In this document: piece by piece, positions 1-11,954 of the stretch
Numbering within the stretch: the stretch's first letter is position 1
Layout: every line of letters begins with the position of its first letter
DNA from: Octopus sinensis
Taxonomy: Eukaryota
Direction of reading: 5' to 3'
Assembly (NCBI RefSeq): GCF_006345805.1
Contig: NW_021833159.1
Span: 1-29,172 of the forward strand
Length of the DNA: 29,172 nt
The notes under the pieces: model-generated
The model's database searches: none
Told to the model about the DNA's origin: nothing
Seen by the model: the letters and a program-made list of their open reading frames with translations, nothing else
Position numbers and translations under genes: made by a program

Positions 1-245
1 TGGTGTCTTACATATTAACAGCAATAAAGGCTCGTTTCGTTCTCAGTTCAAATCCTGTGAACGTGGCTTTCGTTTTGGCTTTTGGTTCTCGTGTTTCTTG
101 ATTGAATGAAATCGATTACTCAGTTTCGATTGTGGAACTGGGTTTGATTCAATCAATCGATCTATGGTGTTTAAGTTACTAACGTCACTTAACAACGTTT
201 CGTAACACATCTGCGTTTAAAAAACAACAAAAACAGAAACAACTT

Positions 246-493
246 GCTCTCCGTCGGTTGCGACGACGAGTGTTCCAGTTCATCTAATCAACGCAACACT
301 CTGATCGAGTTTTAAGGTGTAAGTGGCTGAGCATTCCACAGACACACGTACCCTTAACGTGGCTCTTAAGGAGATTCAGCGTAACACGGAATTTGACAAG
401 TTTGGCCTTTTGAAATACACGTACGACTCATTTTTGCCAGCTGAGTGGACTGGAGCAACGTTGAGTAAAGAGTCTTGCTCAAGGACACAACGT
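246..493 (-). mobile_element. SINE family C (CORE-like), tRNA head missing
   Basis: Shares ctccgtcggttgcgacg...ccagctgagtggactggagcaacg...gtcttgctcaaggacacaacg with the copies at 1900, 5010, 21243 and 24040. The reverse complement ccttgagcaagacact resembles the CORE-SINE motif (family assignment from memory). Confidence 0.8.
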
Positions 494-496
494 GCT

Positions 497-964
497 TTCA
501 CAGAAAAACAACAAAAACTATAACAACAAAGCAGATAACAACAACAGCAGCAGCAGGATCAATAACAAGCACGAGAACATTGGTGTGGAAGAATGGGGAA
601 GGAAAGAAAAAAATTAGCCAAAAAATGGGAAAAACAAACGAGACTGAGGAACGTAAACAACGCAGTCAGTTATAACAACATCAACAACAATGTGATCATC
701 AACATCGACAAGAGCAACAGCAACAATAAACAACAACAACATCAGCAAAACATAAAAGAAAAAAACTGAACAACGGCGACACGAAATGACAAACAACTGT
801 CAAAATAATTTCTTGAAGAAACAATGACAAGAGTAGCGATGGTCATCATCATCGTTAACATCATCATCATCATCATCATCATAATCCTCATCATCATAAT
901 CATCATCGTCATCATCATCATCATCATAATCATCATCATCACCATCATCATAATCATCATCATC

Positions 965-1018
<54 letters not shown>

Positions 1019-1526
1019 GCCATCATCATCATCGCCATCATCATTGTTGGGAGCAACAGAAGTAACCCCTTGGCAACAACCAGCCCCGCCACCATTTCCA
1101 CTAGCAATAAACACCAACATCAACGACAAAAACAACAACAACAACAACGATAGCAACCACAAAACCGACCAGGACCACGACAATAACAACAGGAATAACA
1201 AAAAGAAATATTTTTTTAAAATATTAAGACGGAGAAACGAAGTAAAACGGAACGGAAAATTGAACAACAATATGGCGGCCAGTAGATGTTGACATCGGTG
1301 GCACCACTCCACTCCACCCCAGCACAGGCACCACTCCCGCCAGCACCACTAGCACCACCACTGCTGCCGCTACTACATCAACGGCCACCACCAGCACCGT
1401 CTTCAGCTGTATTCCACCAATCAACGGCATCGCCATCACCACCATCTTCATCAACATCCACAATCATTTACAACCGTATTCATCATCATCATCATCCTCA
1501 TCATTACTACTATCGACAGTACTTCT

Positions 1527-1560
<34 letters not shown>

Positions 1561-1590
1561 AAACAATGATAACTGCAACAATAACAAAAT
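497..1590. repeat. Mosaic trinucleotide tract: degenerate (CAA)n, then (CAT)n 843-1044, then CAC/CCA-rich, then (CAA)n 1527-1561
   Basis: Directly visible. It generates the poly-Ile, poly-Met and poly-Asp ORFs in the track. Confidence 0.9.
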
Positions 1591-1709
1591 ACGATCTCCA
1601 ACAAAGGAATCCCACCCCGGAATGTTTGTGATTAGGCATGTTGCTTTATATTTGCAATTAGCTCCATCTCTAATCAAAGCCTTGCACACTAACTACGCAC
1701 GCACACACA

Positions 1710-1744
<35 letters not shown>

Positions 1745-1899
1745 CACACACCACACACACACATTAAATGGCCACAAATACACACATAGTTGTAAAAAGC
1801 ACAAGACTAAACGCGCGTATTTAAATAATCACAGTCATAAACACGACAAGAAACATACACATGAGCATGCGCACATTATTAGGACTGACTGTAATAAAT

Positions 1900-2209
1900 G
1901 GCACTCCGTCGGTTGCGACGCCGAGTGATCCAGTTGATGCGATCAGCGGAACGGCCCGCTCGTGATATCATCGTTCAAGTGGATGAGTAATCCACAGACA
2001 CACGTAACTTTAGCGTAGGTCTCTAGGAGATCCAGCGTGGCTCAGAATGTGACGATGCTGGCCTTCGGAAGGACAGGTGCAATTCATTTTTGCCAGCTGA
2101 GTGGACTGGAGCAACGTGAAATGAAGTGTCTTGCTCAAGGACTCAACGCTCCGCCTGGAATTGAACTCGCGACTTTATAAGTATGAAATAAATGCCCTAA
2201 CCACTAACC
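1900..2209 (-). mobile_element. SINE family C, near full length with tRNA-like head
   Basis: Homologous to the 246 and 5010 copies. The head on the minus strand is ggttagtggttagggcattt...gagttcaattccagg (A/B-box-like). Confidence 0.85.
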
Positions 2210-2430
2210 CCCCCCCCCACCACGACAATAACAGATCATGTAATTCTATTACGGAATCAAAGATGGTTAAGCTTGGAATAACGAAAATGCGCGAAACAAT
2301 TGAGGACAGCTAAAATATTTCGTTTTAAAACTGAAATAATACCAAACTCTACGGAATTCAGTACGGTGGTCTCATGGCTACTTTACGCTTCACAAGGACA
2401 TCAAAACCACACAAGATGTTTGTGTTAGCG

Positions 2431-2465
<35 letters not shown>

Positions 2466-2556
2466 GCAGAATGCCACTTATATTTGAACACTATACAAAT
2501 ATTCCTTTAAAAAAACTTTTCTTTTAATGTTTTAAAATTTAACTATTTAATCGTTA

Positions 2557-2594
2557 CAGTTGAAAAGGTCTCAAAATGACCGAAACCGGTACTG
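2557..2594 (+). ncRNA. Decayed minimal type I hammerhead ribozyme motif (Penelope-like remnant)
   Basis: cag-TTGAAAA-ggtc/tcaaaat/gacc-GAAA-ccgg-TA-ctg. Stems I and II and palindromic stem III (ACCGGT) are intact. The core has two substitutions relative to CTGANGA. Confidence 0.55.
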
Positions 2595-2762
2595 AAATGT
2601 TCTTTATAAAATTATTTTAGCATTTTCTATTTTGACTTGTTTTTTCATAGATATATATATATATATATACATACATAGATATACGTATATATATATGTGT
2701 GTATATATGTAGGTTTAATTCTGTGCGTATATATATGTATGTATATGAATATATATATATAT

Positions 2763-2930
2763 GCGCAGGAGTGGGTGTGTGGTAAGTATCTTAATTACCA
2801 ACCACATGGTTCCGGGTTCAGTGCCATTGCGTGGCACCTTGAGCAAGTGCCTTCTACTATACCCTCGGTCTGACGAAAGCCTTGTGAGTAAATTTGGTAG
2901 ATAGAAAATGAAAGATGCCCATCGTATATA
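2763..2930 (+). mobile_element. SINE family B (tRNA-derived, CORE-like)
   Basis: gcgcaggagtgggtgtgtggtaag...ggttccgggttcagt...ggcaccttgagcaagtg...cttgtgagt...atcgtata. Homologous to the 21995 and 28771 copies. Confidence 0.85.
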
Positions 2931-3190
2931 TACCTTGTATATATAAATGTGTATGTAGATGTATATATGTACTGTTTTATATAGAAGTATATATATATAT
3001 ATAATACACACACACATGTATATATGTATACGTATATTCCTGCAGAATTGACAAAGGTCGTTTGACTGGCTCTGGCAGATTAGCCAATAGGAATTCCTAT
3101 ATTGGAATTCTGGAACTAATATGAAAGCACAAAACAGTGGAATCGTAGTAGATTCCCAGTTTATATGTATGCCTAATTATGTATGTATGT

Positions 3191-3300
3191 ACGTGGAGCT
3201 TAGATATTTCGCTCATAAACAGACACATCACCAGATCTGTGAATTGAACCCGTATCCCTCGACGGCGAGCCCGCTGCTCTAACCACTTGGCCATGTGCCT
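3191..3300 (-). mobile_element. tRNA-derived SINE 5' portion
   Basis: Minus strand aggcacaTGGCCAAGTGGttagagc...cGGGTTCAATTCacag carries A and B boxes. It continues into non-tRNA body sequence with no acceptor-stem closure. Confidence 0.7.
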
Positions 3301-3319
3301 TCACTAATTATATGCATAG

Positions 3320-3367
3320 AAATGAATATATATATATGTATATATATACACACACATATATATATAT

Positions 3368-3428
<61 letters not shown>

Positions 3429-3555
3429 TTATGTATGTATTTATGTATGTATATACGAATATATAGAAGTATGTGTGTATATGTGTGTGCGTGTGCATGT
3501 CTATATATATAATGTATACAAGTAAAGAACTACATATGTCTATATGTAACACTCT

Positions 3556-3587
<32 letters not shown>

Positions 3588-3660
3588 CGTATACGCATAC
3601 ATATAAGTATGTGAGTGTGTGGGGGGAGGTTTGTGTGTGTGTGCTCACACGTACACGCAC
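3320..3660. repeat. Compound (TA)n/(TG)n/(CA)n microsatellite
   Basis: Directly visible. Confidence 0.9.
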
Positions 3661-4052
3661 GTAGGAAACCTGCACAGTCCCTAAACCTCACGGCCCACTC
3701 TCCAACCCGCACACCAATCCTTAATGAAAAAAAAGAGGTCACATGGTACATGACATTTTTTTCGGGAAGTTGATAGATTCAGTGAAGCATAGAGGTTGTC
3801 TAAATGTTTTGTGTATGTCCCTGTGTTATATGTGTATAGATTAGTTATGTGTGTATGCGTGTGTGTGTATACGTGTGTGCGTTTGTGTGTGTGTGCGTGT
3901 GTGTGTGGAGTCTTGGGTGAATATGTTTTGTATAGATTGGCAAATCTTTCTAGTTGTTAACATGTAATTAAATTTGGATTCCCTGGTGTTAGATGAGGGC
4001 GTGACTGTCTGTAAGTGCTTATATGGGCCATTGTGGGAGACCGCGTATCCCG

Positions 4053-4086
<34 letters not shown>

Positions 4087-4184
4087 CGTATATATATATA
4101 TATATATATATATATGCGTGTATGTATGTATGAATATGTATGAATATATATGCGTGTATGTATGTATGAATATGTATATATGTA

Positions 4185-4353
4185 GAAATAGGGTATTACT
4201 CTGCATTTGTATTCGAGTACTGTTTTCCATCTTGTTTAGCACCGATGCGCTTACTTATGTGTATATATATATATACACACAAGTAAGCGCATCGGTGCTA
4301 AACAAGATGGAAAACAGTACTCGAATACCAAATGCAGAGTAATACCCTATTTC
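4185..4353. repeat. 169-bp spacerless inverted repeat centred on (TA)7
   Basis: 4185-4268 is the reverse complement of 4269-4353, apart from one mismatch (4257/4280) and one extra C near 4328. Confidence 0.95.
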
Positions 4354-4602
4354 ATTAAAACTGCGTAAAAATGTTGTATCTTTTAGTTTCACTTGTATGT
4401 ATCAACTATTCTGTTTGATGAACAATTACGTGAAACTCTTGAGTAAAAGTTTTAAAGTTTCTCCCAGCTTTTCTAAAATAGTATATATTTATATATATAT
4501 ATATATATATAATATTATATATATATATATATATACATACACATGCATACAGACAAATACAATACACACATATTTAGATACATTCATATATTATATATAT
4601 AT

Positions 4603-4652
<50 letters not shown>

Positions 4653-4825
4653 AATATATATACAAAAATATAAATACATTCTCACACACCTGTTTGAAAC
4701 CTGTTAAGATGCACACATACAGAACACACACACGCATGTAATCGTACACAGATCAGGGAAAACTGAAACACACACATTTTCATACATGGGTGTACAGAAA
4801 CACACACACACACACACACATACAT

Positions 4826-4859
<34 letters not shown>

Positions 4860-5009
4860 GCACATGCAGTCATATGATAACGATGGAGAACAAGATTCAC
4901 CAACACACAGGCTCGCGTGTTGACACACACACACGAGCACACCGTCACAAATCACAAAGCCATACACGTTTACGCATAAACTCCTGCAATTTAACACACA
5001 CATCTTAGC

Positions 5010-5326
5010 TGGTTCTCCGTCGGTTACGACGAAGTATGATCCAGTTGATCCGATCAACGGAAGAGCCCGCACGTGAAATTAACGCGCAAGCGGCTGAGTA
5101 CTCCACAGCAACCATACCGTGAAAGTGGTTCTATGGGAGATTCAGCAGGACACAGGATGAGATATACTGGCCGTTTGAATTACTGGTACAATTCATCTTT
5201 GCCAGTTGAATAGGCTAGAGTAACGTGAAATAAAGTGTCTTGCACAAGGACCTAATGCATCGCCTCGAATCGAACTCCTGACTTTACTATCGTGAGCCGA
5301 ATACCCTCGGCATTAAGCCACGCGCG
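5010..5326 (-). mobile_element. SINE family C, near full length
   Basis: Homologous along its length to 1900-2209. tRNA-like head at about 5265-5326. Confidence 0.85.
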
Positions 5327-6848
5327 TTTTATGACTTCTTAATATACGTAAACAAAACGTGTATTAAGAAGATACACACATACACACACGCGCACACACA
5401 CGCATACACATACACAAACACATATATTCATACATGAGAATATATAGAGACACACACGCACACAAACGCACACACACACACACAGACACTCTCACACACA
5501 CATACATACATTCATGACAATATATGAACACACACACACTCACATACATACTTTCATATATAAGAATATATGAACACACACTCACACATTCACACAAACA
5601 CACACATACACACACAAACACACATACATTCACACACATACAAACACAGAGCACACTTACCTACACACTCGCACGTACACACATCTATTCATACCGACGT
5701 AGAGCTACAATAGAAAGAGGAAACATCTCCACATGTTGAAGACACACAGACAGACGAAATATAATACAGGAACTACACAAGACTAAAACAGCTAAAATAC
5801 ATAATCAGTTATTAATTGCTTAATTAAAATCAATTATTCTTTCATTTCAAGCGTTTCTAAATTTACGTTTATTTTTTGTTTATATTTTTCTTTTCGCACA
5901 TGTAATTCTTTTATAATTTGAAATATTTTTGTTTCACTTTTTTCCGTTATTTTGTTTTTAAATTATACTTATTAAATGGGTATATAATCGTTAGGTAAGC
6001 ATCGCCATCTATAACTCCGATGATGCTTGTGTATATTCCTATTGGACGGTGCGTGCATATATAAATTATACTCTCCCATACACACAAACAGGCGTATGTT
6101 CACAACCACACACTCACACGCAGATTTATGTCTGTATAAAATGGTTGTGTGTATATAGACATATATGATGTTATTTCTGAAAATTATACAATAAATATAA
6201 AAATATATTTGTATATATTCTAACATTATAAGAATATATGTTATTAATATATATATATAAATATATGTGAGTGTGTGTGAATTGTGAAAAGTATAGATTG
6301 ATAGACAGATATTCAGTTTGGTAAAGAAGTTGTACTAAGTTAAAGAGACATGGATACTAGATATGAATATATATATATATAATATATATATATATATAAT
6401 ATATATATATATATATCTGTATATATGTATATATGCATAAATTATATATATACATATATATAAATAATGTTATATATATGTATGATTACATACATTTTAC
6501 ATAAATATAAATATCTATGTATCTTTATCCATGCCTATCCATTTACATGTATATATATATACAAATATAGATTTTATATTAAATCCTTCCGCATACATAT
6601 TACCTATGTATATCCGAATGGTTTCATGCTCGTTATATATATATAAAATAAATTCCATGCTATTTTTTTTAAACATTTTCGTTTTTAATATATTATAATC
6701 ACCACACAAATTTACTTCCATTATTTTTGTGAATTCCATTTTCTTTCTTCCTTTTCTTTTCTTTTTTTTTCTCTCTCACTCTCTTTTGTTTTCGCATTTC
6801 ACTAATTAGAGCAAAAAAAAAAAAGAAATTCATTTCTGTCCAGCTTAC

Positions 6849-7030
6849 CTGTGTTTGCGTGAGACCTAAAGATGCCGCCAATTCTGCCCTTTCTGGTAAT
6901 GCCAAGTATTGTGTACGCTGGAAGCGTCGGTTCAGCTGTTGCAACTGCAAACTGGAATATATAGTCCTCGGTTTACGCATTTTTTTGCCTTTACCGTTCA
7001 TTCGCAACTGTTCCTCCATTTGAGATTTCT
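6849..7030 (-). CDS. Dlx: Internal coding exon of Distal-less (Dll/Dlx) homeobox gene, homeodomain residues 1-44
   Basis: The minus strand reads [63 protein letters not shown], the diagnostic Dll/Dlx homeodomain. The acceptor is ttttattttcccacAG| (AG at 7032-7031, phase 1). The donor is CAG|GTAAG (6848-6844, phase 0) and falls between homeodomain codons 44 and 45, the conserved Dlx intron position. Confidence 0.97.
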
Positions 7031-7398
7031 CTGTGGGAAAATAAAATGTATATCCTATATATCAGTGTAGGCATTCATAGCACACGGGGTCGGCTTCGAC
7101 TGAAAATGTAAGGAAATGTTAGTAGGTAGTTATTTACATATATATATATATACATTAGATAAATGCATACTTCATACGAACAACCCACATATATAACTGC
7201 GTGTATTGGGAATGTCATTATGTATATATGTTTTTATATATAAATTTGGAGTGTAAAATATGGATACATAAAATAGTGTGGTTATTTCACAAAGCACCTC
7301 TAGTGGACTCAGCTAACTGACTACATAGTAATCCAAAACATTGGATTATGCTTGTAAATAGAATATAATGTTCTATAAAATAATATAATATAATATAT

Positions 7399-7438
<40 letters not shown>

Positions 7439-7673
7439 TATATATATATACATACAGACAGACAGAAATTTATATTTCTATATATATTTCCATTAAAATT
7501 ACTACGCAGATATAGAGACACATATACCAACACACACGAGCTCATATATATGATTATATATGCTTCAAACTATACAACTTATACATACGAAAAGTCATAT
7601 GTATTCGTATGTACGGCTACTTGTCTTCCACTGCACTGCCACACAGGTATGTATATATGCATGTATGCACTGG

Positions 7674-7731
<58 letters not shown>

Positions 7732-7799
7732 CACTTATACATATACATATATGCAGATATTTATGAGCGCGTGTATATGTGAATATATATGCTGTTTAT

Positions 7800-7829
7800 G
7801 TATGTCTATCTATCTATGGAGATTGATAA

Positions 7830-7913
<84 letters not shown>

Positions 7914-7925
7914 ATAGATATGTGT
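7800..7925. repeat. (GATA)n microsatellite
   Basis: Directly visible. Confidence 0.95.
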
Positions 7926-8069
7926 GTATACATGCTTGCCTGTGTATATTCAGAGACTTTGAATATTGCTGAATATGCAAAAATATTTCATTTGCATAAT
8001 GAAGGATTGCAGAATATAAAACCGGCATAGAGAAACAACAGACCAACTATATACATCCATCCATCCATC

Positions 8070-8101
<32 letters not shown>

Positions 8102-8285
8102 CTTACATCCATCCATCTCTCCATCCATATGTATATACATACATACAAGTTTATATACATTCTCACATTTCGAAATGGAAGCAACATGCCAACAGACGGA
8201 TAAATGTGGAAATATGTATATATAAATATGTGTGTGTATGTGTGTGTATGTGCATGTGTGTAAATGTGTGCATATACATATTTAC

Positions 8286-8286
8286 A

Positions 8287-8368
<82 letters not shown>
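8286..8368. repeat. (TA)n microsatellite
   Basis: Directly visible. One of many (TA)n tracts in 8200-10800. Confidence 0.95.
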
Positions 8369-8371
<3 letters not shown>

Positions 8372-9027
8372 TGTGTGTGTGTGTGTATTAGTTAACAAAT
8401 GTAAATACATACATAAGCATGCAAATATAAATATATATACTTGTGTTTGCATGTGTGTGTGCATGTGTGTGTGTGTGTGTGTATTTGTAAATTTCCTTAC
8501 AGAGGTGGGCTTTCATATTATATATAAACACTAATGTGAATATACATACGCAACTGCAAAAATGCACACACTGACATACGAATGCATACATACTAGTATG
8601 AATGCATAAACCCGCATATACAGGTTTACATCCGTATATATATATATAATATATATATACATATATTATATATATATATATATATTATATATATATATAT
8701 CTATATATATATATATATATATACACGTATATGTATATAATACATTATAGGTATATATATACATATATACACACGTATATGTAATACATATATGTATATA
8801 TATTTGTGTGTGTGTGTGTGTCTATATGTGTGTATGCATGTGTAATAAATCGTTAGTCTCGAATTTGTAATATATATGCAAATATATGAATATTAATAAA
8901 TATCATCTTTGCATATGGTTACCTATACATGTATATATACATACATATATATATACATACACTTATATATATATATACAATTCATATATATATTTATATA
9001 ATATACATATATATATATATACAGATT

Positions 9028-9061
<34 letters not shown>

Positions 9062-9328
9062 TATGTATATTTATATATATATATAATATATATATATATA
9101 TTATATATATGCGCGGGAGTGGGTTCGGGCATTTATATATGTATAGTATTGTGCAGAACGGTATATGCCGATATGCAATATATATACATATCAATACTTA
9201 TATCCATATAATATATATATACATATACATACATAGATACATATTCATATGCATATGTGTATATATCTTATATTCATACGTTATTATGCATACATATATA
9301 ATATATATATAATATATATGCATATACA

Positions 9329-9390
<62 letters not shown>

Positions 9391-10121
9391 ATACACATAT
9401 ACTTATATGAATATATACACAGGTGTGTACATATACAACATAAGCGTATATTCATCAATCGACTCTAAATATGTTTCCCGCCAAACCAATATGCACCGAA
9501 TCAACATCTATATCGTTGCTGCTTTGATATGAATGTCATATATATTTATATATATATATATAATATATATATGTGTGTGTGTATGTATATATATATATAC
9601 ATACGTACATGTCATTATTAATATTGTTGTTGTCGTTGTTGTTGTTATTATTATTTATGTTTTTATTTGTTTATTTGTAAACGTCTCTCTTTTATCCCAC
9701 CTCGCTCGTTTGCCACCTTATTCGTTTGTATCTAATCAATTTGATGCTATCAATGGATTTTAGATCTTCCGCAAAATTTATTCTCAGTCTCGATGTCACT
9801 ATAAACAAGATGATATTGATAGGTCTCATGTCAGATATTATATTCCTCCAGACACACACATACACAGCCACATACCCTCACATATACCTATGGACACACA
9901 CACACACACATATTTATACATACACACACACACACATATTTATACATACACACACACACACACACACTGACAGGAATTTACTCGTATATATGCCCATATT
10001 GTATAAGCATACGTACATATAGAGAGATAGATAGATTGATAGACAGATAGAGAGAGAGAGAGAGAGATAAATGGATATAGAGATAGATACATGCATGCAT
10101 ATATGCATACATATATATGTA

Positions 10122-10173
<52 letters not shown>

Positions 10174-10404
10174 ATATATATAATTATATATTATAATATA
10201 TATATATATATGTGTGTGTAATATATATATATATGCATGTATTTATAACACACACATACACACACACAGGCATATATATATATAAGTATATATATACATA
10301 CTTATATATATATGTATATATATATATATATCAAGTTATACATATATAATTCCTTAATACTTTAAGTGTTTCATCTTCAAAGCTGAGTTGAATATATATA
10401 TATA

Positions 10405-10512
<108 letters not shown>

Positions 10513-10545
10513 CATATATAATTTGACACTGAATATTTTGGAAGT

Positions 10546-10588
10546 CCACCTGAAGATTGTCGATCAAGACAAGAAACGATTGTAGTGG
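10546..10588 (+). ncRNA. Minimal type I hammerhead ribozyme motif with intact core (Penelope/retrozyme type)
   Basis: ccac-CTGAAGA-ttgtc/gatcaa/gacaa-GAAA-c-gatt-g-TA-gtgg. Stem I ccac/gtgg, 5-bp stem II, A-U and C-G stem III, GUA cleavage triplet. Confidence 0.7.
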
Positions 10589-10920
10589 CGGTTTTTTGAC
10601 TATTTATTAAAATTTATGTATTGATTAAGTCTTTCCTTGTTTGTTTTGCAAAATAGTGGTTTTGTCTCGAATAATATTTTATATATATATATATCTATAT
10701 ATATATAATACATATTATATATAATACTATATAATATATAATTATATATATATATCGACATACTAGTATAAATGTGCATACAGATATATGAATATGCATT
10801 ATAAGTGTATAGAGTCCTAAGTACATGTTTATAAATATATGCACATATGGTTTATATATTCATAAATGTATATACATATTCTTTAACTCTTTCCTCAATT
10901 CTCTTAGTAATTTCTGTCCA

Positions 10921-10950
10921 GGAGCTATGGCCATACTGGGGCACCGCCAT
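10921..10950. mobile_element. Fragment of the GGCCATGCTGGGGCACC dispersed repeat family
   Basis: tggccatactggggcaccgcc matches the motif seen at 14395, 17030 and 22410. Confidence 0.4.
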
Positions 10951-11823
10951 TATGTTCAATGCATACATTTATAGGTAAGCATTTGCGGAAAGTTGCCATA
11001 ATATTTCAAATAATCTTATTGAGGTTTCCCTCGCTGACTCTCCTCTGGTAGACTATTCTTAGCCTAGGGCTAAATATCACCCAGATAGCAATTATGTTTT
11101 TTACATTTAAAAAAATTTTCAAATATAAAATCAAAAACAATGAATCTCCGTATTTTCCTGCATCTACGTACATTTTCCTTTAACACATGCATACGCAAGG
11201 AATTATTTACCAGTCTTTATATCTTCCTTTTTTTTTTGTACGTATTTTCCTATAAAGTTCATCCTGTGACTCTACAGAACTGACGCTGCCTAAATGCCAA
11301 TGGTAGAGCTTTGTTTCTTAGTTGGACAGAGGAATTTAAAGAATAAAACGAAAAGACATACAGATATTGGTGCAATTGGGGCAAGCAAGAAGAATATGTA
11401 AGATTTTGGTAAAGTTCACCGTGCCAATCTGTGTCTAGATAATTGTGTTTAAAGGTCTGATGTCTAATCTTTTGACTTCCTTTTGTTTTTGCGTCGGGTT
11501 TTGGGTAGATTCTGGCACGTAAGAGGAGAAATGGCTAGAATTGAAGAAAGTCTATATGCATACACACACACAGGCACACACGCAGACACACACACATACA
11601 CACACACACATATGTGTATATATGTACACACTCACATGTATGTTTAACAAGTGGCATGCATGTACACTGTTCCATATATACGATCTTATATGGATACTCA
11701 CGTAAACACACGCTTCTGTGCTTCCATATATATATATTTGCACGTGTGTGTGTATTTGTATAAGTATATATATATATGTATATATATATATATACTGAAA
11801 TACACATGTTTACATATACATAT

Positions 11824-11862
<39 letters not shown>

Positions 11863-11917
11863 CAAATGTATATATATATATATATATCCATGTATACATG
11901 TATATACATTATCATTC

Positions 11918-11954
<37 letters not shown>

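Larger units (their letters stand above)
1..6848 (-). other. Dlx intron downstream of the homeobox exon (continues beyond the window start)
   Basis: GT donor at 6848-6847. I found no VKIWFQN-encoding exon on the minus strand in 1-6848 by eye. Confidence 0.75.

Noticed and set aside
742-1789. Long ORFs (poly-Met, poly-Asp, poly-Ile, Pro/His-rich) as a possible Dlx last exon or another gene
   Set aside because: They are translations of CAT/CAA/CAC repeats that are open in several frames. There is no WFQN motif and no splice context.
6017-6066. CCGATGA hammerhead-like word and an ATTGG...TATATAAA promoter-like arrangement
   Set aside because: There is no GAAA after a stem. The CCAAT-TATA spacing is too short, and TATA words are ubiquitous here.
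6699-7019. The supplied 106-aa ORF as a complete gene
   Set aside because: Only 7019-6849 is exonic. [11 protein letters not shown]... is read-through into the intron, and the Met is internal because the exon begins 11 nt earlier at a splice acceptor.
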